A stretch of DNA of 64,000 bases from Vulcanimicrobiales bacterium (GCA_038215615.1 JBBQQR010000005.1:66152-130151); one strand, 5' to 3'. Positions 1-9,987 are shown, counted from the stretch's first letter. A program made the numbers and translations. The notes: generated from the letters alone by a model not told the origin.

Positions 1-627
1 AACGATGATCGGACGCTGCGCGTCGATGCGATCCCACCCGGGGGGCTGCGGCAAATCTTCGCGGGAGGCAGTGAGCAAAAACGCGTCGATCACCGTGTTG
101 CCGGTCACGATGATATTTTCTTTCGGAACATTTTCGCCGAGCAGATGTTCGCGCGAGAGCTGGGTCGGAGCGAAGTGATACGACGAAATCGTGCCTGTTA
201 TGCGCCGGTTCATCTCTTCGGGAAACGGCAGCGAGGGATCGCTCGTGCGAAGTCCGGCCTCGACGTGGCCGACCGGGATTTGCTGGTAGAACGCTGCCAG
301 CGCCGCCGCGGTGCTCGTAGTCGTATCGCCGTGCACCAGCGCGACGTCCGGACGGATTTCTTCGAAAACTTTCTCCATGCCGATGAGAACGCGCGTCGTG
401 ATCTCGGTGAGCGTTTGATCTTCGGTCATGATGTCGAGATCGTGATCGGGCCGGATCGCGAAGAGCGCGAGCAAGTCGTCGAGCATCTCGCGGTGCTGCG
501 CGCTGACGCACACGATACACTCGACGTGCGGGTGGCGCTGCAGCTCCGCTACAACAGGGGCCATCTTGATCGTGTCCGGGCGCGTGCCGAAGATCGCCAT
601 AACGCGCAGCGGTTTGGTTTCGCTCAT
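1..627 (-). CDS. wecB: UDP-N-acetylglucosamine 2-epimerase (non-hydrolysing); only the 5' part is in the window
   Basis: Manual translation from ATG at 627 gives MSETKPLRVMAIFGTRPDTIKMAP, the GTRP(E/D)xIKMAP signature. ATGA overlap with the upstream gene. Not in the ORF track because its stop is outside the window. Confidence 0.92.
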   Translation of the reverse strand, partial: MSETKPLRVMAIFGTRPDTIKMAPVVAELQRHPHVECIVCVSAQHREMLDDLLALFAIRPDHDLDIMTEDQTLTEITTRVLIGMEKVFEEIRPDVALVHGDTTTSTAAALAAFYQQIPVGHVEAGLRTSDPSLPFPEEMNRRITGTISSYHFAPTQLSREHLLGENVPKENIIVTGNTVIDAFLLTASREDLPQPPGWDRIDAQRPIIV

Positions 628-1616
628 GCCAAATAGAGAGCGGCCGCGCCAAGCAAAATGCAAATCGCGTAGATCAGCAGCACCGCTTGACGCGCGTTGA
701 GTCCGAACCGGAAAACGAGCAGGTGATGGAAGTGCCCCAGATCGCCTTCGCTGATTCGTTTTCCCGAGCGCGCCCGCCGGAAAATCGCCGCAGCCGTATC
801 AACGATCGGCAGCGCCAGCACGATCATCGGCGCGATCAAACCGACCGCAATGGCCGTCTTGCTCGTACCGATGATTGAAACGGTCGCGAAAACGTAGCCG
901 ATGAAGTGCGAGCCGCTGTCTCCCAAGATGATGCGGGCCGGCGCGAAATTATAGGGCAGAAAGCCGAGCGCTCCGCCGGCCAGTGCGATCAAGACCAGCG
1001 CGACGATTGGATCCCTCGTGAACGCGATCGCGAACAAAAAAATCGACGAGATCGCCGTAAAGCCGGAGAGCAAGCCGTCCAATCCGTCGATGAAGTTGAT
1101 GGCGTTGATCATGCCGGTGTACCATAGCAGCGTCAGCGGATAGCTGACCCACCACGGAAAGTAGATGAAGTCGCTGGGGTCGTGCGAGAGCGGCCGGTGG
1201 ATGTAGTCGATGTGAAAACCATACGCCATGGAGATCAGGGCGACCGCGATCTGGGCGACGAGTTTATATTTAGGGCGCAGTCCCATGATGTCGTCCCACA
1301 AGCCGACGCACATAATCAGCATGCTGCCGAAGAGCAGGCCGATCAGGTTGTGGGCGGCAGCCAGTTGGTCGTGCGGCGGAAGAAACCCGCGCGCGTTCGA
1401 GAGCGCGAAGCCGAGCACCACGAAGAGCGCGAACGCGAAACCGAAGAAGACTGCAACGCCGCCGATGCGCGGCTTGGGCTCTTCGTGCATGCGGCGATCG
1501 TCGGTGACGTCGAACATGCCGACGCGATGCGCCAGCCGCAGGATCAGCGGCGTGGTGAGAAGTGCCGCGGCCAACGCGATCGCAAAACCCGCTATATAAA
1601 GGTAGTTCGCCGTCAC
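624..1616 (-). CDS. Undecaprenyl-phosphate alpha-GlcNAc-1-phosphate transferase (WecA/TagO, MraY-like GT4 family)
   Basis: Multi-TM protein with PRIGG, LWDD, NAINFIDGLDGL, GDSGS and HFHH motifs. Start placed at GTG 1616 (GTGA overlap), not 1745. Confidence 0.9.
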   Translation of the reverse strand: MTANYLYIAGFAIALAAALLTTPLILRLAHRVGMFDVTDDRRMHEEPKPRIGGVAVFFGFAFALFVVLGFALSNARGFLPPHDQLAAAHNLIGLLFGSMLIMCVGLWDDIMGLRPKYKLVAQIAVALISMAYGFHIDYIHRPLSHDPSDFIYFPWWVSYPLTLLWYTGMINAINFIDGLDGLLSGFTAISSIFLFAIAFTRDPIVALVLIALAGGALGFLPYNFAPARIILGDSGSHFIGYVFATVSIIGTSKTAIAVGLIAPMIVLALPIVDTAAAIFRRARSGKRISEGDLGHFHHLLVFRFGLNARQAVLLIYAICILLGAAALYLA

Positions 1617-2032
1617 GTGCCGGCCTGTTCGATAACGACTTCCGCCTCGCGCAGCAGCGCTTCGGCAACCGGATCGGCGTAAGGCGTCTGATAGACCAGC
1701 CGGCGCACGCCCGCGCTGATGAAGAGTTTGGTGCAGTTCACGCAAGGCTGATGCGTGCAGTAGGCGGTGGATTTCGAGAGGGTCACGCCATGCAGCGCGC
1801 CCTGGACGATGGCATTTGCTTCCGCGTGCGTCGCGCGCTGGCAGTGATCGTTCACGACGATGCAGCCCGCATCGGAGCAGTGCGCCACGCCGGGCGACGA
1901 GCCGTTATAGCCGGTCGTGAGGATGCGGTGATCGCGCACGAGCACGCAGCCGACGGACGCCCGCGGGCACGTTGCCCGCGTCGCGACGGTCTGGGCGATC
2001 TGCATGAAGTAGTCATCCCACCCGGGACGCAC
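1613..2032 (-). CDS. dCMP deaminase / ComEB-like cytidine deaminase family protein
   Basis: RPGWDDYFM, TGYNG, HAEANA and PCVNC zinc motifs. GTG start at 2032, just after the upp stop. Confidence 0.9.
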   Translation of the reverse strand: MRPGWDDYFMQIAQTVATRATCPRASVGCVLVRDHRILTTGYNGSSPGVAHCSDAGCIVVNDHCQRATHAEANAIVQGALHGVTLSKSTAYCTHQPCVNCTKLFISAGVRRLVYQTPYADPVAEALLREAEVVIEQAGT

Positions 2033-2033
2033 G

Positions 2034-2705
2034 CTATTTTCGCGACCTGTGCGAAACCGGGACGGAGCTGGTGCTGCCGAACATGCGGTCGCCCGCGTCT
2101 CCCAGTCCCGGCACGATGTAAGCATGTTCGTTCAAGCGCTCGTCGAGCGCCGCCGTGACTATGCGCACGCTGGGATGCGCGGCTTGGATCGTTTTGACGC
2201 CCTCCGGCGCGGCGATCAAGCTGACGAACGTCATGTCCCGCGCGCCGCGCGACGCGAGCGCCTCCAGCGCTGCGGCGCCGGAATTCCCCGTTGCCAGCAT
2301 GGGATCTAACAGAAAGACCCTGCGTTCAGCCAAGTCGTCCGGAACGTTCGCATAATAGGCAACGGGCTGAAGCGAGTCGGGATCGCGATAGAATCCGAGG
2401 TGGGCGACGACGGCGTCGTCGATGACGTCGAGAAATCCGGGAAGCAGCCCCAAACCGGCGCGCAAGATCGGCGCCACGACGGGACACGTTGCTATGCGCT
2501 TCGCGGTCATCTCGGTCAGCGGCGTCATCACGCGTTCGTCACGCAGCGGCAAGTCTCGCGTCGCTTCGTATGCGAGAAAGGCGCCGAGTTCTTCCATGAG
2601 CTTGCGAAAGACCGGTGTCGGCGTATCGCGATCGCGCAACCGCGCGAGCCGGTCGGCAACGGCCGGGTGGTTGACGACGAGCAGAGAATCTGGTGCGCCG
2701 GTCAT
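2034..2705 (-). CDS. upp: Uracil phosphoribosyltransferase
   Basis: PILRAG, DPMLATG, YIVPGLGDAGDR. Confidence 0.97.
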   Translation of the reverse strand: MTGAPDSLLVVNHPAVADRLARLRDRDTPTPVFRKLMEELGAFLAYEATRDLPLRDERVMTPLTEMTAKRIATCPVVAPILRAGLGLLPGFLDVIDDAVVAHLGFYRDPDSLQPVAYYANVPDDLAERRVFLLDPMLATGNSGAAALEALASRGARDMTFVSLIAAPEGVKTIQAAHPSVRIVTAALDERLNEHAYIVPGLGDAGDRMFGSTSSVPVSHRSRK

Positions 2706-2709
2706 ATGC

Positions 2710-3957
2710 TTACGGGACGCTGAAACGGCCCGTGAGTTCGCGCACGCGTCCGCGCAGCGCGTCGATTTTAGCGCGCGTGCCGATATCGTCGAGCCCTTCG
2801 CAGATGATACGCGCGACTTCGCGGCATTCGTCTTCGCCGAACCCCCGCGTCGTTATCGCGGGCGTGCCGATGCGGATTCCGCTGGCCACGAACGGCTTCT
2901 GCTGATCGTAGGGAATTGCGTTCTTGTTGACGGTGATGCTGATGCCGTCCAGATATTCCTCAGCGGCCTTCCCGGTGAGTCCGCGGACCGAAACGTCGAC
3001 GAGCATCAGATGCGTATCGGTTCCGCCGCCGACCAGCCGTAAGCCATTGCGCGCAAATTCGTCGGCCATCGCGCGCGCGTTGCGCACGACGTTGCGTTGG
3101 TAGGCCGTAAATTCGGGTTTGAGCGCTTCGCCGAAGGCGACAGCTTTGGCGGCGATCATGTGCATGAACGGTCCGCCTTGAATCCCGGGGAAAACCGACT
3201 TGTCGAGCGGCTGCGCCCATTGTTCTTTGCAAAGGATCAGGCCGCCGCGCGGACCGCGCAGCGTCTTGTGCGTAGTCGACGTGACGAAATCGGCAACCGG
3301 CACGGGCGACGGATGCAGCCCCGCCGCGACTAAACCTGCGATGTGCGCCATGTCGACCATCAGCGGCGCGCCGATTTCGTCGGCGATCTCGCGGAACTGG
3401 GCGTACTCCATTGTTCGCGGGTACGCGCTGGCGCCCGCGATGATCATCTTCGGTTTGTGTTCGCGCGCGAGTCTGCGCACTTCGTCAAAATCGATCAGCT
3501 CCGTGTCTTTACGCACGCCGTACGCAAACGCGCTGTAAAGTTTGCCGCTGAAACTGACCTTTGTGCCATGCGTCAAGTGGCCGCCGTGCGCGAGCGACAT
3601 GCCGAGGACCGGATCGCCCGGTTTCAGCACCGTCATGAACACGGCCATGTTCGCCTGCGCGCCGGCATGAGCTTGCACGTTGGCATGATCGGCTCCGAAG
3701 AGTTGCTTCAAGCGGTCGATCGCGAGATTCTCCGCGATGTCCACGAACTCGCAGCCGCCGTAATAGCGTTTGCCCGGATAGCCCTCGGCGTATTTGTCGG
3801 TCATGACCGAGCCCATCGCCTCGCGCACGGCTTTGCTCGAGTAGTTTTCCGACGCGATCAGCTCGAGATTCTGACGCTGCCGCGCTTCCTCACCGGCGAT
3901 TGCCGCAAAGAGTTCCGGATCTTGCGCTTCGATAAGGCTGCCCGAGCTGGCGATCAA
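2710..3957 (-). CDS. glyA: Serine hydroxymethyltransferase
   Basis: [31 protein letters not shown]. Start placed at TTG 3957 (TTGA overlap with the upstream small gene). Confidence 0.97.
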   Translation of the reverse strand: MIASSGSLIEAQDPELFAAIAGEEARQRQNLELIASENYSSKAVREAMGSVMTDKYAEGYPGKRYYGGCEFVDIAENLAIDRLKQLFGADHANVQAHAGAQANMAVFMTVLKPGDPVLGMSLAHGGHLTHGTKVSFSGKLYSAFAYGVRKDTELIDFDEVRRLAREHKPKMIIAGASAYPRTMEYAQFREIADEIGAPLMVDMAHIAGLVAAGLHPSPVPVADFVTSTTHKTLRGPRGGLILCKEQWAQPLDKSVFPGIQGGPFMHMIAAKAVAFGEALKPEFTAYQRNVVRNARAMADEFARNGLRLVGGGTDTHLMLVDVSVRGLTGKAAEEYLDGISITVNKNAIPYDQQKPFVASGIRIGTPAITTRGFGEDECREVARIICEGLDDIGTRAKIDALRGRVRELTGRFSVP

Positions 3958-4139
3958 AGCGCAGCGTCTCCGCGCAGCAGCTTGCTCAACACCCAAATCG
4001 CAAAGGCGGCCATCATTGCGCCCAGGGCCCACGCCACAATGTTATTGCCTTGACCGCGCACGGCAGCGTAGATGTCCCACGCGCAGATGACGACCGCTAC
4101 CGCGAAGATGATCCACAAGCCGGTACGCGAGCGCGTCAC
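3954..4139 (-). CDS. Small two-helix membrane protein (61 aa), unknown function
   Basis: GTG 4139 gives two hydrophobic segments. It fills the rpiB-glyA gap exactly, with 4-nt overlaps at both ends. Confidence 0.75.
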   Translation of the reverse strand: MTRSRTGLWIIFAVAVVICAWDIYAAVRGQGNNIVAWALGAMMAAFAIWVLSKLLRGDAAL

Positions 4140-4660
4140 GATGTCGCTCCCAGCAGCTCGCGCGGCGTCTGCGCATCCGTCACGTTTCCGGCTTCGATTG
4201 CCTTGAGCGTGCGCGCACGCTGGGCGTCGCTGTACTCGAAGAGCTGCTCGACGCGGTGCGCGTGACGTCCGCCGTCGAACATCGTCGTCAGGAATATCAG
4301 GACGCACCGCTCGATCATCTCCCAACCGGTGAGACGCTCCGAAAGTGCCAGCACGTTGGCGTCGTTATGCCGGCGCGCGAGCTCCGTTGCGAGCGGTTCG
4401 AAAACCGCGGCACAGCGTATCCCGGGTACTTTGTTGGCCGCCATTGAGATCCCGATGCTCGACCCGCAGACCAGTATTCCGCGCTCGGCTTGTCCCGACG
4501 CGACGGCTTCCCCGACCGCGTAACCATACTGTGGGTAATCGACCGGCGTGTCGTCGTGCGTTCCGAAATCTAAAATGGTGTGACCGGCGTCGCGCAACGC
4601 GAGCGCGATGCGATCCTTGTATTCGAAACCGGCGTGATCGGCTGCAACGGCGATATTCAC
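4136..4660 (-). CDS. rpiB: Ribose-5-phosphate isomerase B
   Basis: ADHAG, VDYP, CGSSIG..MAANK, RRHNDANVL, GGRH. GTG start at 4660. Confidence 0.95.
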   Translation of the reverse strand: MNIAVAADHAGFEYKDRIALALRDAGHTILDFGTHDDTPVDYPQYGYAVGEAVASGQAERGILVCGSSIGISMAANKVPGIRCAAVFEPLATELARRHNDANVLALSERLTGWEMIERCVLIFLTTMFDGGRHAHRVEQLFEYSDAQRARTLKAIEAGNVTDAQTPRELLGATS

Positions 4661-4700
4661 AAGGGGTACCTTCCAATATGCGGTCGAAACGAGCGCGCCT

Positions 4701-5402
4701 ATGAAGCTGGCTTGCTCGAGCACGGCTTTCGACGTTCAGTTGCGCAGCGGCGATCTCACCCAACTCGAATGGATCGATGCATGCGCGCGGGAGCTCGCAG
4801 CCGACGGCGTCGTTTTTGACGTGCGGCATTTTCCGCGCACCGACACGGACTACCTCGCCCAGGTCAAAAAGATGTCCGCCGACCTGGGGCTGACCGTGGC
4901 GGCGCTTAGGCACGACGGCTTTTTCACGGCCGGCGCCGCGCATATCGAGCAAGCGCTCGAGATGGCGCTCGCGCTCGGATCGCCGCTCCTGGCCGCACCG
5001 CTTCCCCCCACGACCGCAGCGGCATGGGACTCCGTACTGGAGACGCTGGGCGAAGCGGCGTCGCTGGCAAAACGCCACAACGTCACGATCGCGCTACGTA
5101 ACCAGCCGCATTCTTTTGCCGCGGGTGCGCACGACATGAAGCGCGTTGTGAAAGAAACCGATTCGGCGTGGCTGCGTTATGGGCCGGAGTTCGAAACGCT
5201 CGAAGAAGGAAGCGATCGGCGCGAACTCATTCCGAAGACCGTTTTGGTTTGGCACGATGTAGCGGCCGGTGAAGAGAGTTTGCGCGCGTTGTTAAAAGAT
5301 TACCGCGGATTCGTGGCGCTGGATGCGGCACAGGGCGACGCTACGGTGCAGACGATAAAAGAAGCGGTCGACCGCATATGGCGTCTGTCGTATAAGGTGT
5401 GA
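4701..5402 (+). CDS. Sugar-phosphate isomerase/epimerase-like (AP endonuclease 2, TIM barrel) protein
   Basis: Pattern MKLACSS..F, DGV, LGLTVAAL, A..LG.P and NVTIALRN resembles the xylose-isomerase-like family. The metal ligands look degenerate. Confidence 0.65.
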   Translation: MKLACSSTAFDVQLRSGDLTQLEWIDACARELAADGVVFDVRHFPRTDTDYLAQVKKMSADLGLTVAALRHDGFFTAGAAHIEQALEMALALGSPLLAAPLPPTTAAAWDSVLETLGEAASLAKRHNVTIALRNQPHSFAAGAHDMKRVVKETDSAWLRYGPEFETLEEGSDRRELIPKTVLVWHDVAAGEESLRALLKDYRGFVALDAAQGDATVQTIKEAVDRIWRLSYKV

Positions 5403-5555
5403 ACCTGCTTTCTCGCAGGTGGGTGCGGCCCGGGCGCCGGTGCGGCAGCCGTTGAAGGCCACTACGCCGTCGTATCCGGAGCTGATGCTCCCTAGGTACT
5501 ATCGTTGGCCCAGCACCTGCAATACGTTGCGCGCCATGCGCAGTCGACGGCCTTC
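5361..5555 (-). ncRNA. ssrS: 6S RNA
   Basis: The minus strand folds into a ~190-nt rod: GUCGACUGCGCAUGGCG pairs with CGCCAUAUGCGGUCGAC, plus CGUAU/AUACG, AGGUG/CACCU, UGGGCC/GGUUCA and GGGAGC/GCACCC. The 3' bubble motif GCACCCACCUGC-GAGAAA-GCAGGUUCA resembles Bacillus-type 6S. A U-run follows. Confidence 0.85.
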
Positions 5556-5564
5556 ACTGTACCA
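5556..5564 (-). promoter_or_regulatory. Extended -10 promoter for the 6S RNA
   Basis: TGgTACAGT immediately upstream of the 6S 5' stem. Confidence 0.55.
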
Positions 5565-5605
5565 CAAGGCCTTGCTAAAAGCATCCAAGCGCGTGAACGA
5601 CCGGC

Positions 5606-6049
5606 ATGGCAATCGCAATCCCCTCACGGGCCCGCTCGGATTTCGAGCTCGCTAGGGCGTATTTGATCCGCGACGGCGGCGAGCGCAGTCTCTTGCGACG
5701 CTTGGAGTCATCCGCGCGGACGTTTCATCTGACGATCGATCGCCACGGCGACGATCACTTCGATCCGGCCACGGACACCATAGCGTGGGATCCGTACAGT
5801 GCATTGCGCACCACACGTGGCGGCAGACAGTCACCCGCCCTCGGCCTGGCACACGAAATCGCGCACGCCGTGGAATCGCCACGCCGGGAAGCCGAGCTGA
5901 GCTCGCGTTTGCGCGCACGCTACGACAACGACGAAGAGGCTCGCGTCATTCGCGGGAGCGAGCGGCATGCGGCGCGCGTATTAGGCGAAGGCATCCGTTT
6001 CGATCATCGCGGAAGCCTGTACCGGGTCAGCACGCCGGTTTCGCGGTAA
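5606..6049 (+). CDS. Stand-alone HExxH zinc metallopeptidase-like protein (M91/NleD-like toxin-domain resemblance)
   Basis: QSPALGLAHEIAHA followed by YDNDEEARVI..E...A..LGEG.R..H. Confidence 0.6.
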   Translation: MAIAIPSRARSDFELARAYLIRDGGERSLLRRLESSARTFHLTIDRHGDDHFDPATDTIAWDPYSALRTTRGGRQSPALGLAHEIAHAVESPRREAELSSRLRARYDNDEEARVIRGSERHAARVLGEGIRFDHRGSLYRVSTPVSR

Positions 6050-6084
6050 CGCTGAGGGGGCAGAAGTCACCATGAGGTTCCTTT

Positions 6085-6258
6085 ATGAACGAAACAAAAA
6101 ACGACGACCTTGAAAAAACCGCCGACGGCGACCCGCTGGTCGATCGCGGCAGCGCGGATTCGGCCAACGATACGGTCACCGATCCGCAAGAGGACGGCGA
6201 TGACGAGCAAGAGGACGACGGCGAAGACGAAGAGGACGAGGAAGACCTAGGCCTCTAG
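6085..6258 (+). CDS. Hyper-acidic microprotein (57 aa), unknown function
   Basis: GAGG SD 7 nt before the ATG. Sequence MNETKNDDLEKTADGDPLVDRGSADSANDTVTDPQEDGDDEQEDDGEDEEDEEDLGL. Below the ORF-track size cutoff. Confidence 0.65.
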   Translation: MNETKNDDLEKTADGDPLVDRGSADSANDTVTDPQEDGDDEQEDDGEDEEDEEDLGL

Positions 6259-6294
6259 GGGCTGGAACCGCCTGCGAGAACGAAGCAGTGCGAC

Positions 6295-7314
6295 ATGTCC
6301 GCGCTCTTCCTCTCCACCTCGACCCTCGAACTGCCGCTGGTCCATCCGTTTACGATCGCGCGCGGCAGCGCGCAATCCGCGCGCACCGTCTTGCTTCGCT
6401 TGTCTTGGAACGGCCTGGAAGGGCTGGGAGAAACGGCGCCGATCGCGCGCTACCACGAGTCGGCCGAATCCGTGACGGCATACTTTGCCGGGCACGCGCC
6501 GCGCGGCGACGATCCCTATCTGCTCGACGACTTGCTCTCCGAAGAGATCCCGGCCGCGGCGCGCTGCGGGCTGGACGTCGCGTTGCACGATCTGATTGGC
6601 AAAGATTGCGGCCAGCCGCTTTACCGCTTGCTCGGGCTGAATCCGGCCGAAACCCCGCTGACGTCATTTACGGTCGGCATCGGCAATCCGGAAACAACGC
6701 TGCGCAAGGTCGCGGAGCTCGGAAGCCATCCGGTGATGAAAGTGAAACTCGGCGCCGGCACGCGCGCGAGTCAAATAGAAACCATCGAATCGATCCGTTC
6801 CGCGTACTCCGGCACGATCCGCATCGATGCGAACGAGGGCTGGGATGCGCAAGAAGCTGCCGCGATTCTGCGCGAACTCGAGCGTTTCGAGATCGAGTTC
6901 TGCGAGCAACCTATTCCGGCGGGCCATCCCGAGCAGTTACGCTACGTCCGCGAGCACTCCCCGATTCCGATTGTTACGGATGAAGATTCGCGCACCGCGG
7001 ACGATCTGCCGGCGCTCATCGGCTGTGTCGACGGCGTCAACGTCAAGCTCGTAAAGACTGGTGGCATTCGCGGCGCCCTCAAAATGATCCACGCCGCGCG
7101 CGCGCTGAAATTCAAAATCATGATCGGCTGCATGGTGGAGAGCCAGATCTTGGCAACCGCCGCCGCGCAGCTTTCCCCGCTGGCGGATTGGGCGGATATC
7201 GACGGCCCGTTTCTCACCAAAGACGATCCATTCGTGGGGATCACGTATGACCGCGGAAAGATTGTGCTACCTGACGGCCCCGGTTTGGGCGTGCGCGAGA
7301 AGACCGTTGCGTAG
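6295..7314 (+). CDS. L-Ala-D/L-Glu dipeptide epimerase-like (enolase superfamily; DgcA/YkfB-like)
   Basis: KVK, DANEG, EQP, DED, NVKLVKTGG, GCMVES and DIDG (DxD) motifs. Confidence 0.9.
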   Translation: MSALFLSTSTLELPLVHPFTIARGSAQSARTVLLRLSWNGLEGLGETAPIARYHESAESVTAYFAGHAPRGDDPYLLDDLLSEEIPAAARCGLDVALHDLIGKDCGQPLYRLLGLNPAETPLTSFTVGIGNPETTLRKVAELGSHPVMKVKLGAGTRASQIETIESIRSAYSGTIRIDANEGWDAQEAAAILRELERFEIEFCEQPIPAGHPEQLRYVREHSPIPIVTDEDSRTADDLPALIGCVDGVNVKLVKTGGIRGALKMIHAARALKFKIMIGCMVESQILATAAAQLSPLADWADIDGPFLTKDDPFVGITYDRGKIVLPDGPGLGVREKTVA

Positions 7315-8371
7315 ATATGCGATTCTCGCGCCCGGACAGTTTACGGACAACGCGAAAACTGCGCACGGCGTCATCGGGTACTCGAATGATGAAACGGTCG
7401 CGGTGGTCGACCCGTCGTGCGCGGGCCGGACGGTGCACGACGTCGTGCCCTATCTCGCAAGCTCCGCGCCGATCGTCACCAGCGTGGCAGACGCGTTTCC
7501 GTACAAGCCGACGTCGCTCTTAATCGGCACGGCTCCCAAGGGCGGAAAGCTTCCGCCGGAGTGGCGCGCCCAGATTCTCACCGCGATTGCAGGCGGACTG
7601 GGGATCGTCAGCGGTCTGCATGACATGCTCGGCGACGATCCGGAGTTCGCTGCTGCGGCACATCGGCACAACGTCGCGATTTGGGACGTGCGTAAACCGC
7701 CGGAGGTGCCGCTCTTTAGCGGATCGGCCTACGACGTGAAGGCTCCGGTTTTGCTCGCGGTCGGAAACGACTGCGCCGTCGGGAAGATGACGGTTATGCT
7801 GGAGCTTGCGCGCGCGGCGAGCGACATGGGATCGAACGCGAAATTCGTACCCACCGGACAGACCGGCATCATGATCGCCGGCTGGGGCATCGCGGTCGAT
7901 CGCGTGATCTCGGACTTTGCAACGGGAGCGAGCGAGCAGCTCGTGCTCGAAGCGGCGCAGCGAAATCCCGAATACATTTTGGTTGAGGGTCAGGGCGCGA
8001 TCAATCATCCGGCCTACGCGCCGGTCACGCTGGCACTGCTTTTCGGTTGCGCTCCCGACGCATTACTGCTCGTCGCCGACGTCAAGAGAACGAGCATGGA
8101 AAACTACGGAACGCCGGTGCTGTCGTACGCACGACTCGTCGCCATTCATGAGGAGCTCTGCGCAACGGTAAAGCCCGCCGGCGTTGTGGGCATCGCCCTC
8201 AACACGTTCGGTCTGGATGAAAGCGCGGCCATAGCAGAAATCGCTCGGGCGCGCGCAGAAACTTCGCTCCCCACAGATGACGTCGTCCGCAACGGTGCGG
8301 CGCGTCTGTGGAGGGAAATCGCGCCGAAGCTCGTCAAACGCCACCCTCTCTCCGTAAAGGTCGTCGCATGA
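7307..8371 (+). CDS. DUF1611 family protein (DgcN-like)
   Basis: KTAHGVI, GTAPKGGKLP, SGLH, GNDCAVGKMT, TGQTGIMI, DRVISDF, VEGQG. Start placed at TTG 7307. Confidence 0.9.
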   Translation: MRRYAILAPGQFTDNAKTAHGVIGYSNDETVAVVDPSCAGRTVHDVVPYLASSAPIVTSVADAFPYKPTSLLIGTAPKGGKLPPEWRAQILTAIAGGLGIVSGLHDMLGDDPEFAAAAHRHNVAIWDVRKPPEVPLFSGSAYDVKAPVLLAVGNDCAVGKMTVMLELARAASDMGSNAKFVPTGQTGIMIAGWGIAVDRVISDFATGASEQLVLEAAQRNPEYILVEGQGAINHPAYAPVTLALLFGCAPDALLLVADVKRTSMENYGTPVLSYARLVAIHEELCATVKPAGVVGIALNTFGLDESAAIAEIARARAETSLPTDDVVRNGAARLWREIAPKLVKRHPLSVKVVA

Positions 8372-9987
8372 AACTCAAGCTTACTGCCGCGCTCCTTACA
8401 ACCGCTCTCGTCTTGAGCGCCTGCACGAAAACCGGAACGACGAAGGTGGGCGGACACAACCCGTGGACAATCCCGGGCGAAGTCCGCGTTGGAAACTCCG
8501 ACGAACCCGATGGACTCAACCCGATGTTCGCGCACACCGATGCGAGCAACCAAGTCGACGGTTTGATCCTCGCGTCGATTTTGAAGTACGACGACAACGG
8601 CAACTTCATCCCCGACTTGGCAACCGAAGTGCCTAGCTACGCCAACGGCGGCTTGAGCAAAGATGGGAAAACCATCACGATTCATTTGCGCCAGGGACTG
8701 CGCTGGTCCGACGGCGCGCCGCTCACGTCAAAAGATTGGATGTTCACGTACTCCGCGGTGCGCAATCCCCGCAACAACGTCAAGACGCTCTTCGGGTGGG
8801 ACGACATCGCCTCTGCGAATGCACCCGACAACACGACCATCGTCGTTCACCTCAAACAGCCCAACTCGACGATCATGGGATTGTTCGCAGTTGACGGCGC
8901 CGCCTATCCGCCGCTGCCCGCCCACATTCTCGCGAGCCTGCCGGACATCAACCGCGCGCCCTTCAACGGCAAGCCGATCTCAAGCGGCCCGTTCATCCTG
9001 CAGCAATGGAACCACGGTTCGTCGCTCATCTTCCTTCCCAATCCGTATTACTATCGCGGGCCGCCGCACCTAAAGAAAATCGTTTGGAAGGTGATTCCGA
9101 ACACCAGCACGCTCTTCAACGAACTGCAAACGCACGACGTCGACGTGCTGATCGGCGTCAACGAAAACGATATCGGACGCCTGCCGCAGCTTCCGGGGAT
9201 TACCGTTATTCAGAAACTGATCGCCAATTGGCGTCACATGGAATTCAACTTGCAAAATCCCATCCTGGCCGACCAGCGCGTGCGCCTGGCAATCGCGCAG
9301 GGCGTGGATTGGAAGCGAATCAACGATACGAGCTACCACGGCTATAACCAACTCGCGGCCAGCGACGTCTTTCCGCTCTCGTGGGCCGCGCCCAACATCC
9401 CGCTTTACCCCTACGATCCCAACGGCGCCAAGAAGCTGCTCGCCCAGGCCGGCTGGACAATGGGCTCCGACGGATGGCTGCATAAGGGATCGCAACCGCT
9501 ACAGCTCACGATTTCGACCGGAACCAACAAACAAGAAAATATCGAAGCTGAAGTGCAGGTGCAGAGCCAGTTAAAACCGCTTGGCGTCAACTTGCAGATC
9601 CGCAACTATCCGGTCAACGTATTGTTTGCGCCGACCGGGCCGCTCTATACCGGCAAGTACGATATTTCATGGACGGTCTCGATTAACGCACCCGATCCCG
9701 ACAACTCCGGCCTCTGGAACAGCAAATATGCACCGCCGCACGGCGGCAACACGTCGCACCTGAGCGACCCAATTGTGGACCGCACGTCAACGCAAGCGTT
9801 GCTCACGTTCGATCATGCGGTGCGCAAAAAACTCTACCAGCAAGAAGAGGAGCGCATTCATCAGCTCGTGCCGAGCGTTTTCTTCTACTGGGAGAACGAG
9901 TACACGGCAGCCAACAGCGACATGAAGAATCTCAAGCCGGCGGCGTTTGTCCAAGACACCTGGAACGCTTGGGACTGGCAGATATAG
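8368..9987 (+). CDS. Peptide ABC transporter substrate-binding lipoprotein (family 5, OppA/DppA-like)
   Basis: Lipobox LSAC after ATG 8368; PDLA, WSDG.PLT, GPF.L..W, D.RVR.A motifs. Confidence 0.92.
   Translation: MKLKLTAALLTTALVLSACTKTGTTKVGGHNPWTIPGEVRVGNSDEPDGLNPMFAHTDASNQVDGLILASILKYDDNGNFIPDLATEVPSYANGGLSKDGKTITIHLRQGLRWSDGAPLTSKDWMFTYSAVRNPRNNVKTLFGWDDIASANAPDNTTIVVHLKQPNSTIMGLFAVDGAAYPPLPAHILASLPDINRAPFNGKPISSGPFILQQWNHGSSLIFLPNPYYYRGPPHLKKIVWKVIPNTSTLFNELQTHDVDVLIGVNENDIGRLPQLPGITVIQKLIANWRHMEFNLQNPILADQRVRLAIAQGVDWKRINDTSYHGYNQLAASDVFPLSWAAPNIPLYPYDPNGAKKLLAQAGWTMGSDGWLHKGSQPLQLTISTGTNKQENIEAEVQVQSQLKPLGVNLQIRNYPVNVLFAPTGPLYTGKYDISWTVSINAPDPDNSGLWNSKYAPPHGGNTSHLSDPIVDRTSTQALLTFDHAVRKKLYQQEEERIHQLVPSVFFYWENEYTAANSDMKNLKPAAFVQDTWNAWDWQI

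Noticed and set aside
5453..5556. Shorter alternative hairpin (GAAGGCC/GGCCTTC) as a separate RNA or riboswitch
   Set aside because: The longer 6S fold explains more pairing and contains the 6S bubble motifs
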